Source of the DNA: Planctomycetota bacterium
GTDB taxonomy: Bacteria > Planctomycetota > SZUA-567 > H5-PLA8
Assembly: GCA_038227875.1 (NCBI GenBank)
Contig: JBBRPR010000001.1
Location: 64,001 to 128,000 of the forward strand
Direction of reading: 5' to 3'
Length of the DNA: 64,000 nucleotides
Positions 38,580 to 48,212 of the stretch are shown one piece after another. Position 1 is the stretch's first letter. The number at the start of each line of letters is the position of its first letter. The position numbers and the translations under genes were made by a program. The notes beneath the pieces were generated by a model. That model had not been told where the DNA came from and did not search any database. It worked only from the letters and a program-made list of their open reading frames with translations.

Positions 38580-39020
38580 ATGGCAAGGAAAGCCGAGCCG
38601 CTCTCAAGCTTGTTCAATGCCGCTGAGAACGGACAACGTGACATGGTGGAGTCGATGCTCTCCAAAAAGGGTGCCAAGGTCGACGCGAAAGAACCGACGT
38701 TCGGCATGACGGCGCTCCACATTGCCTCCGCCCGGGGACATAAGGAAGTTGTGGAACTATTGATTTCGATGGGATCGAATCTGGAAGCGCGCGAAGAAAC
38801 CGGACGAACTCCGATGCACAGCGCGTCGTTTCGTGGCCAGCTGCCTGTCGTTGAAGTACTGCTCGCCAAGGGTGCGCAGGTGAACGCACAAACCAACGAC
38901 GGCAAGACCGCGCTCGATTGGGCGGTGCTGAACCACAAGACGGATGTCGCCGAATTTATCCGCCAGAATGGTGGAAAGTGCGGCAAGGAGATCGCTCCGG
39001 TGGCCGGAGCCAAGGGTTGA
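38580..39020 (+). CDS. Ankyrin repeat protein
   Basis: GMTALHIAS..GH, GRTPMHSAS..G, GKTALDWA; AAGGAG RBS. Confidence 0.93.
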   Translation: MARKAEPLSSLFNAAENGQRDMVESMLSKKGAKVDAKEPTFGMTALHIASARGHKEVVELLISMGSNLEAREETGRTPMHSASFRGQLPVVEVLLAKGAQVNAQTNDGKTALDWAVLNHKTDVAEFIRQNGGKCGKEIAPVAGAKG

Positions 39021-39134
39021 GCGCGGAGTTATCGCGTCACTCAGTGTGAAGTGTAGTTGTGTTAAAGGTCCGGAATGCGCATCGATCCATGTGGAACGGT
39101 CTATGACGGGTCTGGTTTGGAAGGGAGACGAGTA

Positions 39135-39341
39135 ATGGCAACTGGCAAAGTGAAGTGGTTCAACGATCAGAAGGGGTTTGGATTCATTACCCCCGATGAA
39201 GGCGGCAAGGATCTGTTCTGCCATCACAGCGAAATTCAGGCGGAAGGGTTCCGCTCGCTTGCTGAAGGCCAGGCCGTCGAATATGAAGCCGTCAACGACA
39301 CCAAGGGACCGAAGGCCACGAAGGTGCGCCCTATCAAGTAA
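39135..39341 (+). CDS. csp: Cold-shock protein
   Basis: [36 protein letters not shown]. Confidence 0.96.
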   Translation: MATGKVKWFNDQKGFGFITPDEGGKDLFCHHSEIQAEGFRSLAEGQAVEYEAVNDTKGPKATKVRPIK

Positions 39342-39353
39342 GACCTGTTCCAC

Positions 39354-39394
39354 CCAATTAAAAAGGGCGTCGTCACGGCGCCTTTTTTAATTGG
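39354..39394 (+). terminator. Intrinsic terminator after csp
   Basis: CCAATTAAAAAGGGCGTC-GTCAC-GGCGCCTTTTTTAATTGG. Confidence 0.85.
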
Positions 39395-39466
39395 ACATCC
39401 TTCGTCGTGTTTGTAGTGTTCGTTGTTCTGGTCCACCGCAGCCCTTTTTAACAGAGAGAGCGTTTC

Positions 39467-40459
39467 GTGAAGATTGACAAGCGCGGTGTAATTGCAGATC
39501 TGGAAAGCTACGTCCTCACCAAGTTGAATCTGCTCGCCCCCGTCGCAACCGCATGGCAGCCCAGTGATTTTGTCCCCGATTTGCGCAGCGAAGAATCGTT
39601 CGCGGAGTTGAAAAACCTCCGCAGCGCCGCCGCCGGCCTTCCCGACGATGTGTTGATCGTCCTCGTCGGCACCATGGTCACCGAGGAAGCGCTGCCCTCG
39701 TACCAGACTTTCCTCAACCGCCTCGACGGCATGCGCGACGAAACCGGTTCCAGCGGCAAGCCCTGGTCGCTCTGGTCGCGCGGCTGGACGGCCGAAGAGA
39801 ACCGCCACGGCGATCTGCTCAACCGCTATCTCTACCTCTCCGGCCGCGTCGACATGCGCGCCGTCGAGACGACTATCCATCATCTGATCCGCAACGGCTT
39901 CGATCCGCTGCCCTGCAACGATCCGTACATGGGGCTTGTCTACACGTCGTTCCAGGAACGGGCCACACGCATCTCGCACACCCGCGTCGGGCAACTGGCG
40001 CGCCGATCGGGTGAGCCGGCGCTGGCGAAGCTCTGCAATGTGATCGCCGGCGACGAAGCACGCCACGAAGAGGCGTACAAATCATTCATGGGCCGCATTT
40101 TTGAAGTCGATCCGGCCGGCGCGGTCCTGGCATTCGGCGAGATGCTCAAGCACCGCATCGTGATGCCCGCCAGCCTGATGTCCGACAACAAGGACGACGA
40201 CCTGTTCGCGAATTTCTCCGCGATCGCGCAGAAGATCGGCGTCTACACGTTCCCCGATTACATCGACATCATGGAGCACCTCATCGCGCTCTGGGACGTC
40301 CCGAACCTGAAGGGGTTGACCGACGCCGCCGCGGCCGCGCAAGACCGCATCTGTCGTCTGCCGGAACTGTACCGCCGCAAAGCGAGCAAGGTTGTCGAGA
40401 CCCAGGCTCCGCCCGCCCGCGTGCAGTTTCCGTGGATTGGGCAGGTGGTGAAGGGCTGA
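39467..40459 (+). CDS. Soluble acyl-ACP desaturase (di-iron, stearoyl-ACP desaturase/DesA family)
   Basis: WQPSDF.P, TEEALPSY, WTAEENRHGD, FQERAT..SH, DEARHE. Confidence 0.93.
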   Translation: MKIDKRGVIADLESYVLTKLNLLAPVATAWQPSDFVPDLRSEESFAELKNLRSAAAGLPDDVLIVLVGTMVTEEALPSYQTFLNRLDGMRDETGSSGKPWSLWSRGWTAEENRHGDLLNRYLYLSGRVDMRAVETTIHHLIRNGFDPLPCNDPYMGLVYTSFQERATRISHTRVGQLARRSGEPALAKLCNVIAGDEARHEEAYKSFMGRIFEVDPAGAVLAFGEMLKHRIVMPASLMSDNKDDDLFANFSAIAQKIGVYTFPDYIDIMEHLIALWDVPNLKGLTDAAAAAQDRICRLPELYRRKASKVVETQAPPARVQFPWIGQVVKG

Positions 40460-40484
40460 ACGGAATAACGAATGACGCATGACG

Positions 40485-40515
40485 AAAAAAAGCGCCGCTC
40501 AAAGCGGCGTTTTTT
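40485..40515 (+). terminator. Intrinsic terminator after desaturase
   Basis: A7-GCGCCGCT-CAA-AGCGGCGT-T5. Confidence 0.85.
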
Positions 40516-40604
40516 ATTGATGGGCGGCTCGGTCAGGAACGTTTAGCCGGGCGCCGACTGACTCGTCCCTTGATTTCCGCCCCGTAACCTTACACACTTC
40601 CCGT

Positions 40605-41678
40605 ATGGCTCGAAATCCGTCGTACGATCCGTGGCGCATGCTGAAGTTGGGCGTGGCGATGCTGTTGTCCCTGGGCGCCGTCAGCACGGTCGTCTATTAT
40701 TTTCTCGGCTACTACTACTTTGGCAATTTTGAAAAGTGGCCGTTGATGGACTGTACGTTCATGGTCAGCATCACGCTGTCCACGATTGGCTTTGGCGACT
40801 GGCTGGAAATCAAAGGCAAGAAGCTGGCCGAAATCTACACCATGTTTCTGGCGCTGGCCGGAATCGGCGTGCCGGCGTTCATCATTTCGACCATTACGGC
40901 GCTGATCGTGGAAGGCGTTGTTGGCGATACTGTGCGGAGGCGGCGGATGCAGCAGGAAATCACTGCCATGAGCGGTCATGTGATCGTGTGTGGCGCGGGC
41001 GCGACGGGCAAGCATTGCATCGACGAGCTGCTGAAGATCGGCCACAAGTTTGTCGTGGTCGACGTCAATGCGCAGGCCTTGAAGGACATGCAGCATGAGC
41101 TGGGTGTGTTTCCCTACGTGGTCGGCCACGCGGACCGGGATGAAACGCTGCTGCTGGCCGGCATTGAACGCGCGTCGGGACTGGTCTCCTGCCTGCGCGA
41201 AGACAAGGACAACCTGTTCATTACGCTGACAGCGCGGGTGCTCAACCCGGAAGTCCGCATCGCCAGCAAAGGCGTCGACGACCATGTCCGCAAGAAGATG
41301 GTGATCGCCGGCGCGAATTCCGTGGTCAGTCCGACGGCCATCGGTGGATTGCGGTTGATCAGTGAATTGATCCGGCCGGCGACGGTCAGTTTTCTCGACA
41401 GCATGATGCGCGAGCGCACCACGACGCGCTTTGGCGAACTGGTGGTTGGAATGGCAAGCCCGCTGGTCGGCCGCACGCTGGCGGAAGCCGACCTGCGCCA
41501 CCGCGCCGACGTGCTGGTGGTCGCCGCGCGGCACCCGGGCGTGGAAAGTTTCATTTACAATCCCAAGGCGGATTTTCTGCTGGAAGCGAATTGCTGCGTG
41601 GTGGTGCTCGGGACCTCCTCCGAGATCGACAAACTCAAGCCGCTCTTCATGGCCAACAGTAAGGCCGGCGTGGCGTAG
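40605..41678 (+). CDS. Potassium channel with TrkA-N/TrkA-C (RCK) domains
   Basis: Filter STIGFGD, 2 TM, VCGAGATG Rossmann, C-terminal SPLVGRTL..NP. Confidence 0.92.
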   Translation: MARNPSYDPWRMLKLGVAMLLSLGAVSTVVYYFLGYYYFGNFEKWPLMDCTFMVSITLSTIGFGDWLEIKGKKLAEIYTMFLALAGIGVPAFIISTITALIVEGVVGDTVRRRRMQQEITAMSGHVIVCGAGATGKHCIDELLKIGHKFVVVDVNAQALKDMQHELGVFPYVVGHADRDETLLLAGIERASGLVSCLREDKDNLFITLTARVLNPEVRIASKGVDDHVRKKMVIAGANSVVSPTAIGGLRLISELIRPATVSFLDSMMRERTTTRFGELVVGMASPLVGRTLAEADLRHRADVLVVAARHPGVESFIYNPKADFLLEANCCVVVLGTSSEIDKLKPLFMANSKAGVA

Positions 41679-41703
41679 AATTTGGAGTGCGTATCCTTCT
41701 GCC

Positions 41704-42573
41704 ATGCGCATCGCTCTGCTTATCGTCGCGCTGGCCGCATCCGCACCGCTGCTGTTCGCGGGTGATTCGCCCGAGCACGACCTGACGAAGGCCGACGTTC
41801 AAGAGCGTTTCGCGCGGACGCTTTCGGTGGATTTCAAAAAGCAGCCGCTCGACGCGGTCTTGTCGCTGTTCATGGAATTCACGAAGACCACGATCCTCAC
41901 GGACCCCGCGCTGGCGAAACAGAAATTGCCGCCGATTAATTTCAGCGCCACCGACGCGCCGATCCTCGAGTCGTTCACGAAAGCGCTGGATGCCACTGGC
42001 ACGGAGTGGGCCGTGCTCGACAACGCCGTCTTCGTTTTCAAGAAGGGCGACTATGGCGGCGATCCCGCGCGGCTGACGCGCCCGTTCTCCGACGCCGACG
42101 CGCAGGTCTTCGCGAAGGCCGTTGCCGATCTGCGCGACGGCGCGTTGGCGACGCGCGAAGATGCCTCGAAGACGCTCGCGCAATTCGGCCCGACCGCGCT
42201 GCCGTCGATCAAGACGGCGCTGGAGACCGAGAAGGATCCTGAAGCGATCGACCGCCTCAAGACGCTGCAGAAAATCGCCGGCGCCGCGACGTTTTTTCAA
42301 CCGCTCGCGCCGGGTGTGGCGCAGGAACTGGAGACGCGCACCGAGACGGTCAACGCGTGGTATTCCGACGGCGTCTCGCGCTGCGTGGAGACGCTCAACG
42401 AAACGCTGCGCGCGCGGGTCAAGCTGCAGGAATCGACGGCCGCCAACAGCGACATCAACCTGCGGATCATGCAGATGCCGGTGCGTTCCGTGCTGATCTG
42501 GGTGGCGCGGTACACGAGGATGCGGCTGACGGTTCAGAATGGGCGGTTGGTGATGGGGCCGAAGGAACAGTAG
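41704..42573 (+). CDS. Exported STN-like - HEAT hairpin - STN-like protein, paralog 1
   Basis: Signal peptide MRIALLIVAL; SVDF..PL..VL; L..RE.AS..L..G..DPEA..RL. Confidence 0.7.
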   Translation: MRIALLIVALAASAPLLFAGDSPEHDLTKADVQERFARTLSVDFKKQPLDAVLSLFMEFTKTTILTDPALAKQKLPPINFSATDAPILESFTKALDATGTEWAVLDNAVFVFKKGDYGGDPARLTRPFSDADAQVFAKAVADLRDGALATREDASKTLAQFGPTALPSIKTALETEKDPEAIDRLKTLQKIAGAATFFQPLAPGVAQELETRTETVNAWYSDGVSRCVETLNETLRARVKLQESTAANSDINLRIMQMPVRSVLIWVARYTRMRLTVQNGRLVMGPKEQ

Positions 42574-42644
42574 TTATTAATCAAATTCCGCGCAACACTT
42601 TCCAATAAATTCTCGTCATAACATCGGCACGTTTTGGAGCGCTG

Positions 42645-43520
42645 ATGAAAATCCGAACCAGTCTTGCCGTCGTACTGATTGCCACAGTTTTCTGCGCCAG
42701 ATACAGCTATAGCGCGGATGCGGCGTGGAAAGAAAAGATCGAGAGTGCACTGGAACGTCAGGTGACGTTCGACTTCTCAGACACATCCTTCGGCGAAGCA
42801 ATTTCGTTTTTTCAGCAGATTGCGAGAGTCAATCTTCTCGTCGATCCGGACATCGCGGAAAGCAGTCCGGCCAATATCACGATCAGCGGCAAAAGTGTAA
42901 CGCTCAGGAATGCCGTGGATAAAATCTGCGGGGAATTGAAGCTGGAATGGATCCTGGTCGACCAGGCGGTGTTCATCTTCCCAAAAGGAAAATACACGCA
43001 GAAGGCTGCGGCGCCCGCGACATGGTCTGATGAAGCCGCCGCGGCTCTGAAACAGGCACTGCCGGGGTTGAGCTCGCCGGAATTTGAAGTCCGCGAAAAA
43101 GCTTCAGCAAGCATCAAGGCGCTGGGTACGGGAGTAATTCCGCATCTTCAGCAGGCGTTGAAAACAGAGACCGACGCGGAAGCGCGTGAGCGCATGATGA
43201 CTATCATGAAGTCGTTCGAGACCGTATCGCTTTCAGAGTCCACGCCGGAGCTCGACAAGGCGCTCGAGAAGTACGGAAGGAAAGTCACCTTCGAATTTGT
43301 GGATACCCCGTTGGAAGATGCGGCCAATTTTATCAAGCAACTCACCAAGCTGCCGGTCACGTGCGACAAAGATGTGATGAAACGCCCGCTCACGCTGCGC
43401 GTGAGCGACATGGAAGTATCCGTGGCGCTGAAGTGGATCGCGCGACTGGGCCGCGCACGCCTTGTGCCCGACGGCGAGGGGATCAAGTTCACGGGTGCAG
43501 CGACGGGCGAAAAGAAGTAA
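42645..43520 (+). CDS. Exported STN-like - HEAT hairpin - STN-like protein, paralog 2
   Basis: LERQVTFDFSDTSFGEAISFF..VNLLVDP; LSSPEFEVREKAS; RKVTFEFVDTPLEDA. Confidence 0.75.
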   Translation: MKIRTSLAVVLIATVFCARYSYSADAAWKEKIESALERQVTFDFSDTSFGEAISFFQQIARVNLLVDPDIAESSPANITISGKSVTLRNAVDKICGELKLEWILVDQAVFIFPKGKYTQKAAAPATWSDEAAAALKQALPGLSSPEFEVREKASASIKALGTGVIPHLQQALKTETDAEARERMMTIMKSFETVSLSESTPELDKALEKYGRKVTFEFVDTPLEDAANFIKQLTKLPVTCDKDVMKRPLTLRVSDMEVSVALKWIARLGRARLVPDGEGIKFTGAATGEKK

Positions 43521-43541
43521 GCTGTTCCCGGTGCGTCCGGG

Positions 43542-44459
43542 ATGAATGTGATGAAAGCAGCCGTACGACTTTGCGGACTGGTGCTCGTCTGCGGGATGGT
43601 ATTCGCCGAAGAGCCCGTGGACGTTCCAGTTCACCAATTCCATCCGAAGCCGACGGTTCTAAAGAAAATTCTCGATCATAAAATCTCCACCGAATACAAC
43701 AGCAAGACCCTCGATGAAGCGATTCAAAGTATTCGGGACGAGACCGGCGCGAGCATCATTGTCGATTCGTATGCCCGACTACTGCTGCTCCTTGCATTGG
43801 ATAACGACGCCCCGACCTTTGCCGCGCAACGCGGCGAATCGGTTCAGCAAGTCCTGGAAGAAATGGGTTTGGAATGCCGCTATATCGACTCAGCCGTCCT
43901 CTTGTATTCGAAGCAACAACTCAAGACGAGGCCGAGCCCCGGCATTGCGCCTCCCGCGCTTACTGGCGATGCGCTGAAGTCGTTTGCGGCGGCGCTGCAA
44001 AATCTGAAGTCCGCAGACTTCGACGAGCGCGAAAAGGGCTCGCGCAGCATCGAAGCGCTGGGAGAGGCGGCGGCCACGTCCATTCAGGATGCGCTGAAAT
44101 CTGAAGCCGATCCCGAAGCTCGACAGCGCCTCGAAGGTCTGCTGGCTTTGTACGCGCGCGAAACATTCGATGACATCGCCCCGGAAACGGCGCTTCAATT
44201 GGAGAAGCTCACGTCCAAGATAACCATTGATATCGTCGACGCGGCTTTGGACGACGCGGAGACACTTCGCCAGATCAAGCTACCCATTACGTGGGACTTG
44301 GCAGAGACGAATACGCCTCAGCGCAAATTGACATTTCATGTCCGCGAGATGCCGGCTGGCGATGCGATCCGCTGGCTGGCGCGCGAATCCGGAACGCAGA
44401 TCGTACCGACAACGGGCGGATTCAAGCTCGTCGCGAGACAAACGGTCGAGAAGAAATAG
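43542..44459 (+). CDS. Exported STN-like - HEAT hairpin - STN-like protein, paralog 3
   Basis: LDHKIS..TLDEAI..IIVD; LKSADFDERE; DPEARQRL; KITIDIVD. Confidence 0.7.
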   Translation: MNVMKAAVRLCGLVLVCGMVFAEEPVDVPVHQFHPKPTVLKKILDHKISTEYNSKTLDEAIQSIRDETGASIIVDSYARLLLLLALDNDAPTFAAQRGESVQQVLEEMGLECRYIDSAVLLYSKQQLKTRPSPGIAPPALTGDALKSFAAALQNLKSADFDEREKGSRSIEALGEAAATSIQDALKSEADPEARQRLEGLLALYARETFDDIAPETALQLEKLTSKITIDIVDAALDDAETLRQIKLPITWDLAETNTPQRKLTFHVREMPAGDAIRWLARESGTQIVPTTGGFKLVARQTVEKK

Positions 44460-44592
44460 CGCCGCCCCCAACTGTTCAACTTGTTATAAAAAAGTTGCAC
44501 GCACCTTGTGATAAGCGACTATCGCTGCCACGCGGTGGTGTAGTATCAATTGCAACTCGCCCCGATTCACGACACTTTCTCGAGGGAAATTC

Positions 44593-47457
44593 ATGCGCCA
44601 GTCCATGGTTACTGTCTTCGTTTGTAGCATGCTCGCGTCCACAGTGCTCGCCGTCCACGCCGAAACCATCCAGTGCCCGGACACGCGGGACACGTGGGTT
44701 TCGTCGTGCGACAAAGAAGGCGAAACGAACATGGGCAAGGCGCCCAAGATCAAGTTGAAGGGCTATCAGGAATTCGGCCTGCTCGACTTCGACGTCACCG
44801 CGCTGAAGGGAAAGAAGATCGTCTCGGCGACGCTCTGCGTCACGCCGGTCGGCGAAGCGAAGTACGGCAAGGAACGCGGCAGCGAACTGCGCTGGTTCAC
44901 GGTGACCACTGTCGGCAGCGATTGGAAGGAAGGCGATGGCACCAACTACACGATCGATGGCGACGGCGAAGGCGCGACATTCAACGAAGCCTCGTTTGGC
45001 AAGCAGGCGTGGTCGTATCCCGGATCGAAACTGTGGGACGTGACGCTGGGCAACGGCAACACGATCCGCACCGATGTCGACGGCGGCAGCCCGAAAGACG
45101 GCGTATTTGAAATTCCCGTCGACAAGCGCATCGTTGCGGCGCTGGTCGATAAATCGTCCTACGGCATTCTGTTGATGGACGGCAGCGTCTTCACCGCCAG
45201 CAACCCGTTCATCTCCTCCCGCGAAGGCGCGAAGGCGCCGTACTTGAAGGTGGAAGTCGAAGCGGCGCAGACCGGCGCGCCGAAAGCGCCGACGAATCTC
45301 ACCGCCGTTCCCGCGCCCAACGAAGCGGCGATGGATTCCGGCGCGCTGATGCTGTCATTGACCGTGCCGGAGAACGCGTTCGCCTACGACATTGCCGTCG
45401 ATGGCAAAGCCGTGCAGCGCTGGCAGATTCCTTTCGCCGCGGCCGCGGGGAGCAAACAGAGTTTTCCGATCCTGTACCTGGCGCCGAACGCGGACGTGAA
45501 AATCGATCTCGTCGCTCTGGATGCGGCGGGAAACAAATCCGAAGCGGCGAGCGTGACGGCGAAGACGAGCCCGGCGATCACGGTGCCCAAGCTGCCCACG
45601 TCCGGCTGGCTGCCGAAAGGCGGCGACGTTCCGGCGCTCGGCGACAAAATGCAGGTCTGGGCGTTTCCAGAAATCTCGAAGCTCGATCCCGTCGGCGGCG
45701 ACATCGTTCAAGAAAAGAGCATGGAGAACGCCCGGTTCCGCAACAGCGTCTGGGACGCTGGTGCGAAGACCATCCGCCTCGCCGTTGCGCGCGGTGAGAT
45801 TGCAGCGTTCCAGCTGGCGCTCGTCTCGCCGAATGGGCAGCCGCTCAAGGCGTCAGTGAAGTTCGACGGACTTGACGGCATCAAAGTCAACGCTACGCGG
45901 ACGTGGTTTGTGAACGTCAAGGACCAGTGGCAGGCCGATTACATCATTCCCATGGCGGCGGACGGCGCGGTTACCATTCCCGCTCCGGACAACAAGATTC
46001 CCAATCAGAAAGCCGCGGCAGTGAATGTCGACTTGATCATTCCGGCCAACGCGGCGGTTGGGGAGAAGAGCGGCACTGTTACAGTTTCCGCCGGCGAGAT
46101 GGGCGAAGTGAAGTTGACGCTGCAGCTCATTGTTTTCGACGCCGTGATTCCCGCCGAAACGAACATGATTCCCGAGCTGAACGTTTATGGTGGTCCGTTT
46201 GGTGCGGCCGGCTCGCCGATCTTCTTCGACGCGTTCCGGATCGCGCACTACTACCGCTGCACGATCAACCGCGTGCCGCACCATCACAACGGCGCCACCG
46301 ACGCCGACTGGATTCCGAAAACCGGTCCCGACGGCCACGTCACCGACTGGACGGAGTACGACAAAAATCTCGGCCCGTTGCTGGATGGCTCCGCCTTCAA
46401 AGACAACCCGCGCGCCGGTGTGCCGGTGCCGCTGCTCTACCTGCCGTTCAACGAATCGTATCCGCTGCCGGTGAAGGAGCACTACAACCCCGGCAAGGGC
46501 GTGCCGCTGGCGGGCAAGGACTGGAAGGAACTCCACGACATGCTCGCCGTGCCGCCGGAGCAGGCGTTCGATCAGGTTTACAAGGACGCGTTCGCCAACG
46601 GCGTCGCCGACTTCATGAAGCACTACGAAGAGAAAGGCTGGACGAAGACGATCGCCGAAGGATTCAACAACAATAAATTTCAATACGGCAAAGTGAAGAT
46701 CGACGTGAACGGCAAGCAGGAGCAGGTGCCCGGCATGACCGGCACGGCGTGGACGCTGGACGAGCCGCAACAGTGGCTGGACTGGCAGGCGCTGCTCTTC
46801 TACAGCAAGCTCTTTCACAAGGGGATCGAAGGGCAGAAGAACACGAAATTCGGCTTCCGCTCCGACGTCAGCCGGCCGATGTGGCAGGGCAACTGCATGG
46901 ACGGCTACATGGAAGTGATGGTCTCCGGCGGCGCGCAGTTCTCGATGCTGCCGCTGATGAAAAACCTGGTCCGCCGCACCGGCATGAAGATTTTCAACTA
47001 CTCCGGCTGCAACAACCAGGACCGTGCCAATCACAACACCACCGCGTGGGTCCTGAAAAGCTACGCCAACGGCTGCGAAGGCGTGCTGCCGTGGCAGAGC
47101 ATCGGCGGCGAAGAGGCGCTGGAGAAGGGCGATTTCATCGGCGCCAAAGGTGCGGCCGACAACGGCAACATGCTGATCATCAACACGCCGCGTTTCGGCA
47201 CGACGGTGATCGCGTCCGCCCGCCTGCAGGCCTTCCGCAGCGCCTGTCAGATCTGTGAGCTGCTCCGGCTGCTGGAACAGAAAAAAGGCTGGTCCCGCGA
47301 TCACAGCGCCGCCCTGGTCTCACAACTGGTGCCGCTGGGCGCGCAGTTCAAGCAGTCCTTCGCCGACGACGCCGCCGCACTGAAATTCGACGACCTCAAC
47401 GGCGATGTCTTTGTGCAGCTTAAAGAAGGGATTTTGAAGCTGCTGGCGGAGAAGTGA
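44593..47457 (+). CDS. Exported DNRLRE-like + FN3 + GH123/DUF4091-like protein
   Basis: DTWV..LLDFDV..IVSATL..W.EG..SRE..PYL; APTNLTA..DAAGNKS; ARGEIAAFQL, TLDEP, SARLQAFR. Confidence 0.7.
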   Translation: MRQSMVTVFVCSMLASTVLAVHAETIQCPDTRDTWVSSCDKEGETNMGKAPKIKLKGYQEFGLLDFDVTALKGKKIVSATLCVTPVGEAKYGKERGSELRWFTVTTVGSDWKEGDGTNYTIDGDGEGATFNEASFGKQAWSYPGSKLWDVTLGNGNTIRTDVDGGSPKDGVFEIPVDKRIVAALVDKSSYGILLMDGSVFTASNPFISSREGAKAPYLKVEVEAAQTGAPKAPTNLTAVPAPNEAAMDSGALMLSLTVPENAFAYDIAVDGKAVQRWQIPFAAAAGSKQSFPILYLAPNADVKIDLVALDAAGNKSEAASVTAKTSPAITVPKLPTSGWLPKGGDVPALGDKMQVWAFPEISKLDPVGGDIVQEKSMENARFRNSVWDAGAKTIRLAVARGEIAAFQLALVSPNGQPLKASVKFDGLDGIKVNATRTWFVNVKDQWQADYIIPMAADGAVTIPAPDNKIPNQKAAAVNVDLIIPANAAVGEKSGTVTVSAGEMGEVKLTLQLIVFDAVIPAETNMIPELNVYGGPFGAAGSPIFFDAFRIAHYYRCTINRVPHHHNGATDADWIPKTGPDGHVTDWTEYDKNLGPLLDGSAFKDNPRAGVPVPLLYLPFNESYPLPVKEHYNPGKGVPLAGKDWKELHDMLAVPPEQAFDQVYKDAFANGVADFMKHYEEKGWTKTIAEGFNNNKFQYGKVKIDVNGKQEQVPGMTGTAWTLDEPQQWLDWQALLFYSKLFHKGIEGQKNTKFGFRSDVSRPMWQGNCMDGYMEVMVSGGAQFSMLPLMKNLVRRTGMKIFNYSGCNNQDRANHNTTAWVLKSYANGCEGVLPWQSIGGEEALEKGDFIGAKGAADNGNMLIINTPRFGTTVIASARLQAFRSACQICELLRLLEQKKGWSRDHSAALVSQLVPLGAQFKQSFADDAAALKFDDLNGDVFVQLKEGILKLLAEK

Positions 47458-47488
47458 CGGGCGGCCAGTGAGTCACGCTGAACTTCAC

Positions 47489-48130
47489 TCACCGAGAAGG
47501 TGGAGCGGAAGGATTCGCGCGCCGCTCGCGGTCAATTGCGATCACGGGCAATGTTGCGGTGGCCACATGCGCGAGGATAATGGGCATCATCCAAAGTGCG
47601 TTGCGATGTGCATCGTTAGATAGAGTTTTGGCCTGACCGTAAATCATTCCCATCAACATTAATTCGCCCACCATGCCGAGGAAAACGGCGCGTAAAACCG
47701 ACGTGCGGCTTCCATACATTCTGTGCAGACCCAAGCCGATCAAGACTCCCGCGGTTGCGCTGGAGAAAAAATAAGAAGCCATCGAATCGTGTGAGATTAG
47801 TTCCCCCACTCCGGGAAAAACCGCCAGAAACATATCTGCACAGGTCGTCGCTGTGGTCCAGAATAATGTCCAAACGATGAGCGAATTTTTGCGCGTACTC
47901 ATCCATGCGCCACTACAGAGCAACACATTGCAGCCAAAATCGAGCGCAATGGCGACAGGCATACTTTCCCCGGTATTTGTTGTGGAGACCCACTGCCAAA
48001 AAACAGTCATCCCGCCTGCAAGCGCGCCCGTCATTAACCCGCACGCAATCGGAGTCGAAAACAACTTCGCCATTCGCACCACCATGGTTGACCATTCAGG
48101 CCAGTTGGCCTGAAGGTTGTCGATATTCAA
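47489..48130 (-). CDS. Hypothetical multi-TM membrane protein, lower GC
   Basis: Several hydrophobic segments; fills the gap; start uncertain. Confidence 0.5.
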   Translation of the reverse strand: MNIDNLQANWPEWSTMVVRMAKLFSTPIACGLMTGALAGGMTVFWQWVSTTNTGESMPVAIALDFGCNVLLCSGAWMSTRKNSLIVWTLFWTTATTCADMFLAVFPGVGELISHDSMASYFFSSATAGVLIGLGLHRMYGSRTSVLRAVFLGMVGELMLMGMIYGQAKTLSNDAHRNALWMMPIILAHVATATLPVIAIDRERRANPSAPPSR

Positions 48131-48212
48131 TATCGCTGCGCGCGGAACTCAAGGTGCGTAAGGGATATTTTTCAACAAGCAAGCGGCCGATCGTAGAACA
48201 ATAGAGGGACAT

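Noticed and set aside
38072..39013. 561-aa ORF extending the SDR upstream by ~314 codons
   Set aside because: Extension is antisense to the ankyrin gene and crosses promoter/operator DNA; SDR homology starts at 38071. The long open frame is curious but the translation looks non-protein.
41431..41703. N-terminal extension of the 380-aa ORF
   Set aside because: Overlaps the K+ channel gene; the signal peptide starts at ATG 41704.
44508..44525. LacI-like operator GTGATAAGCGACTATCGC
   Set aside because: Weak symmetry, single copy.
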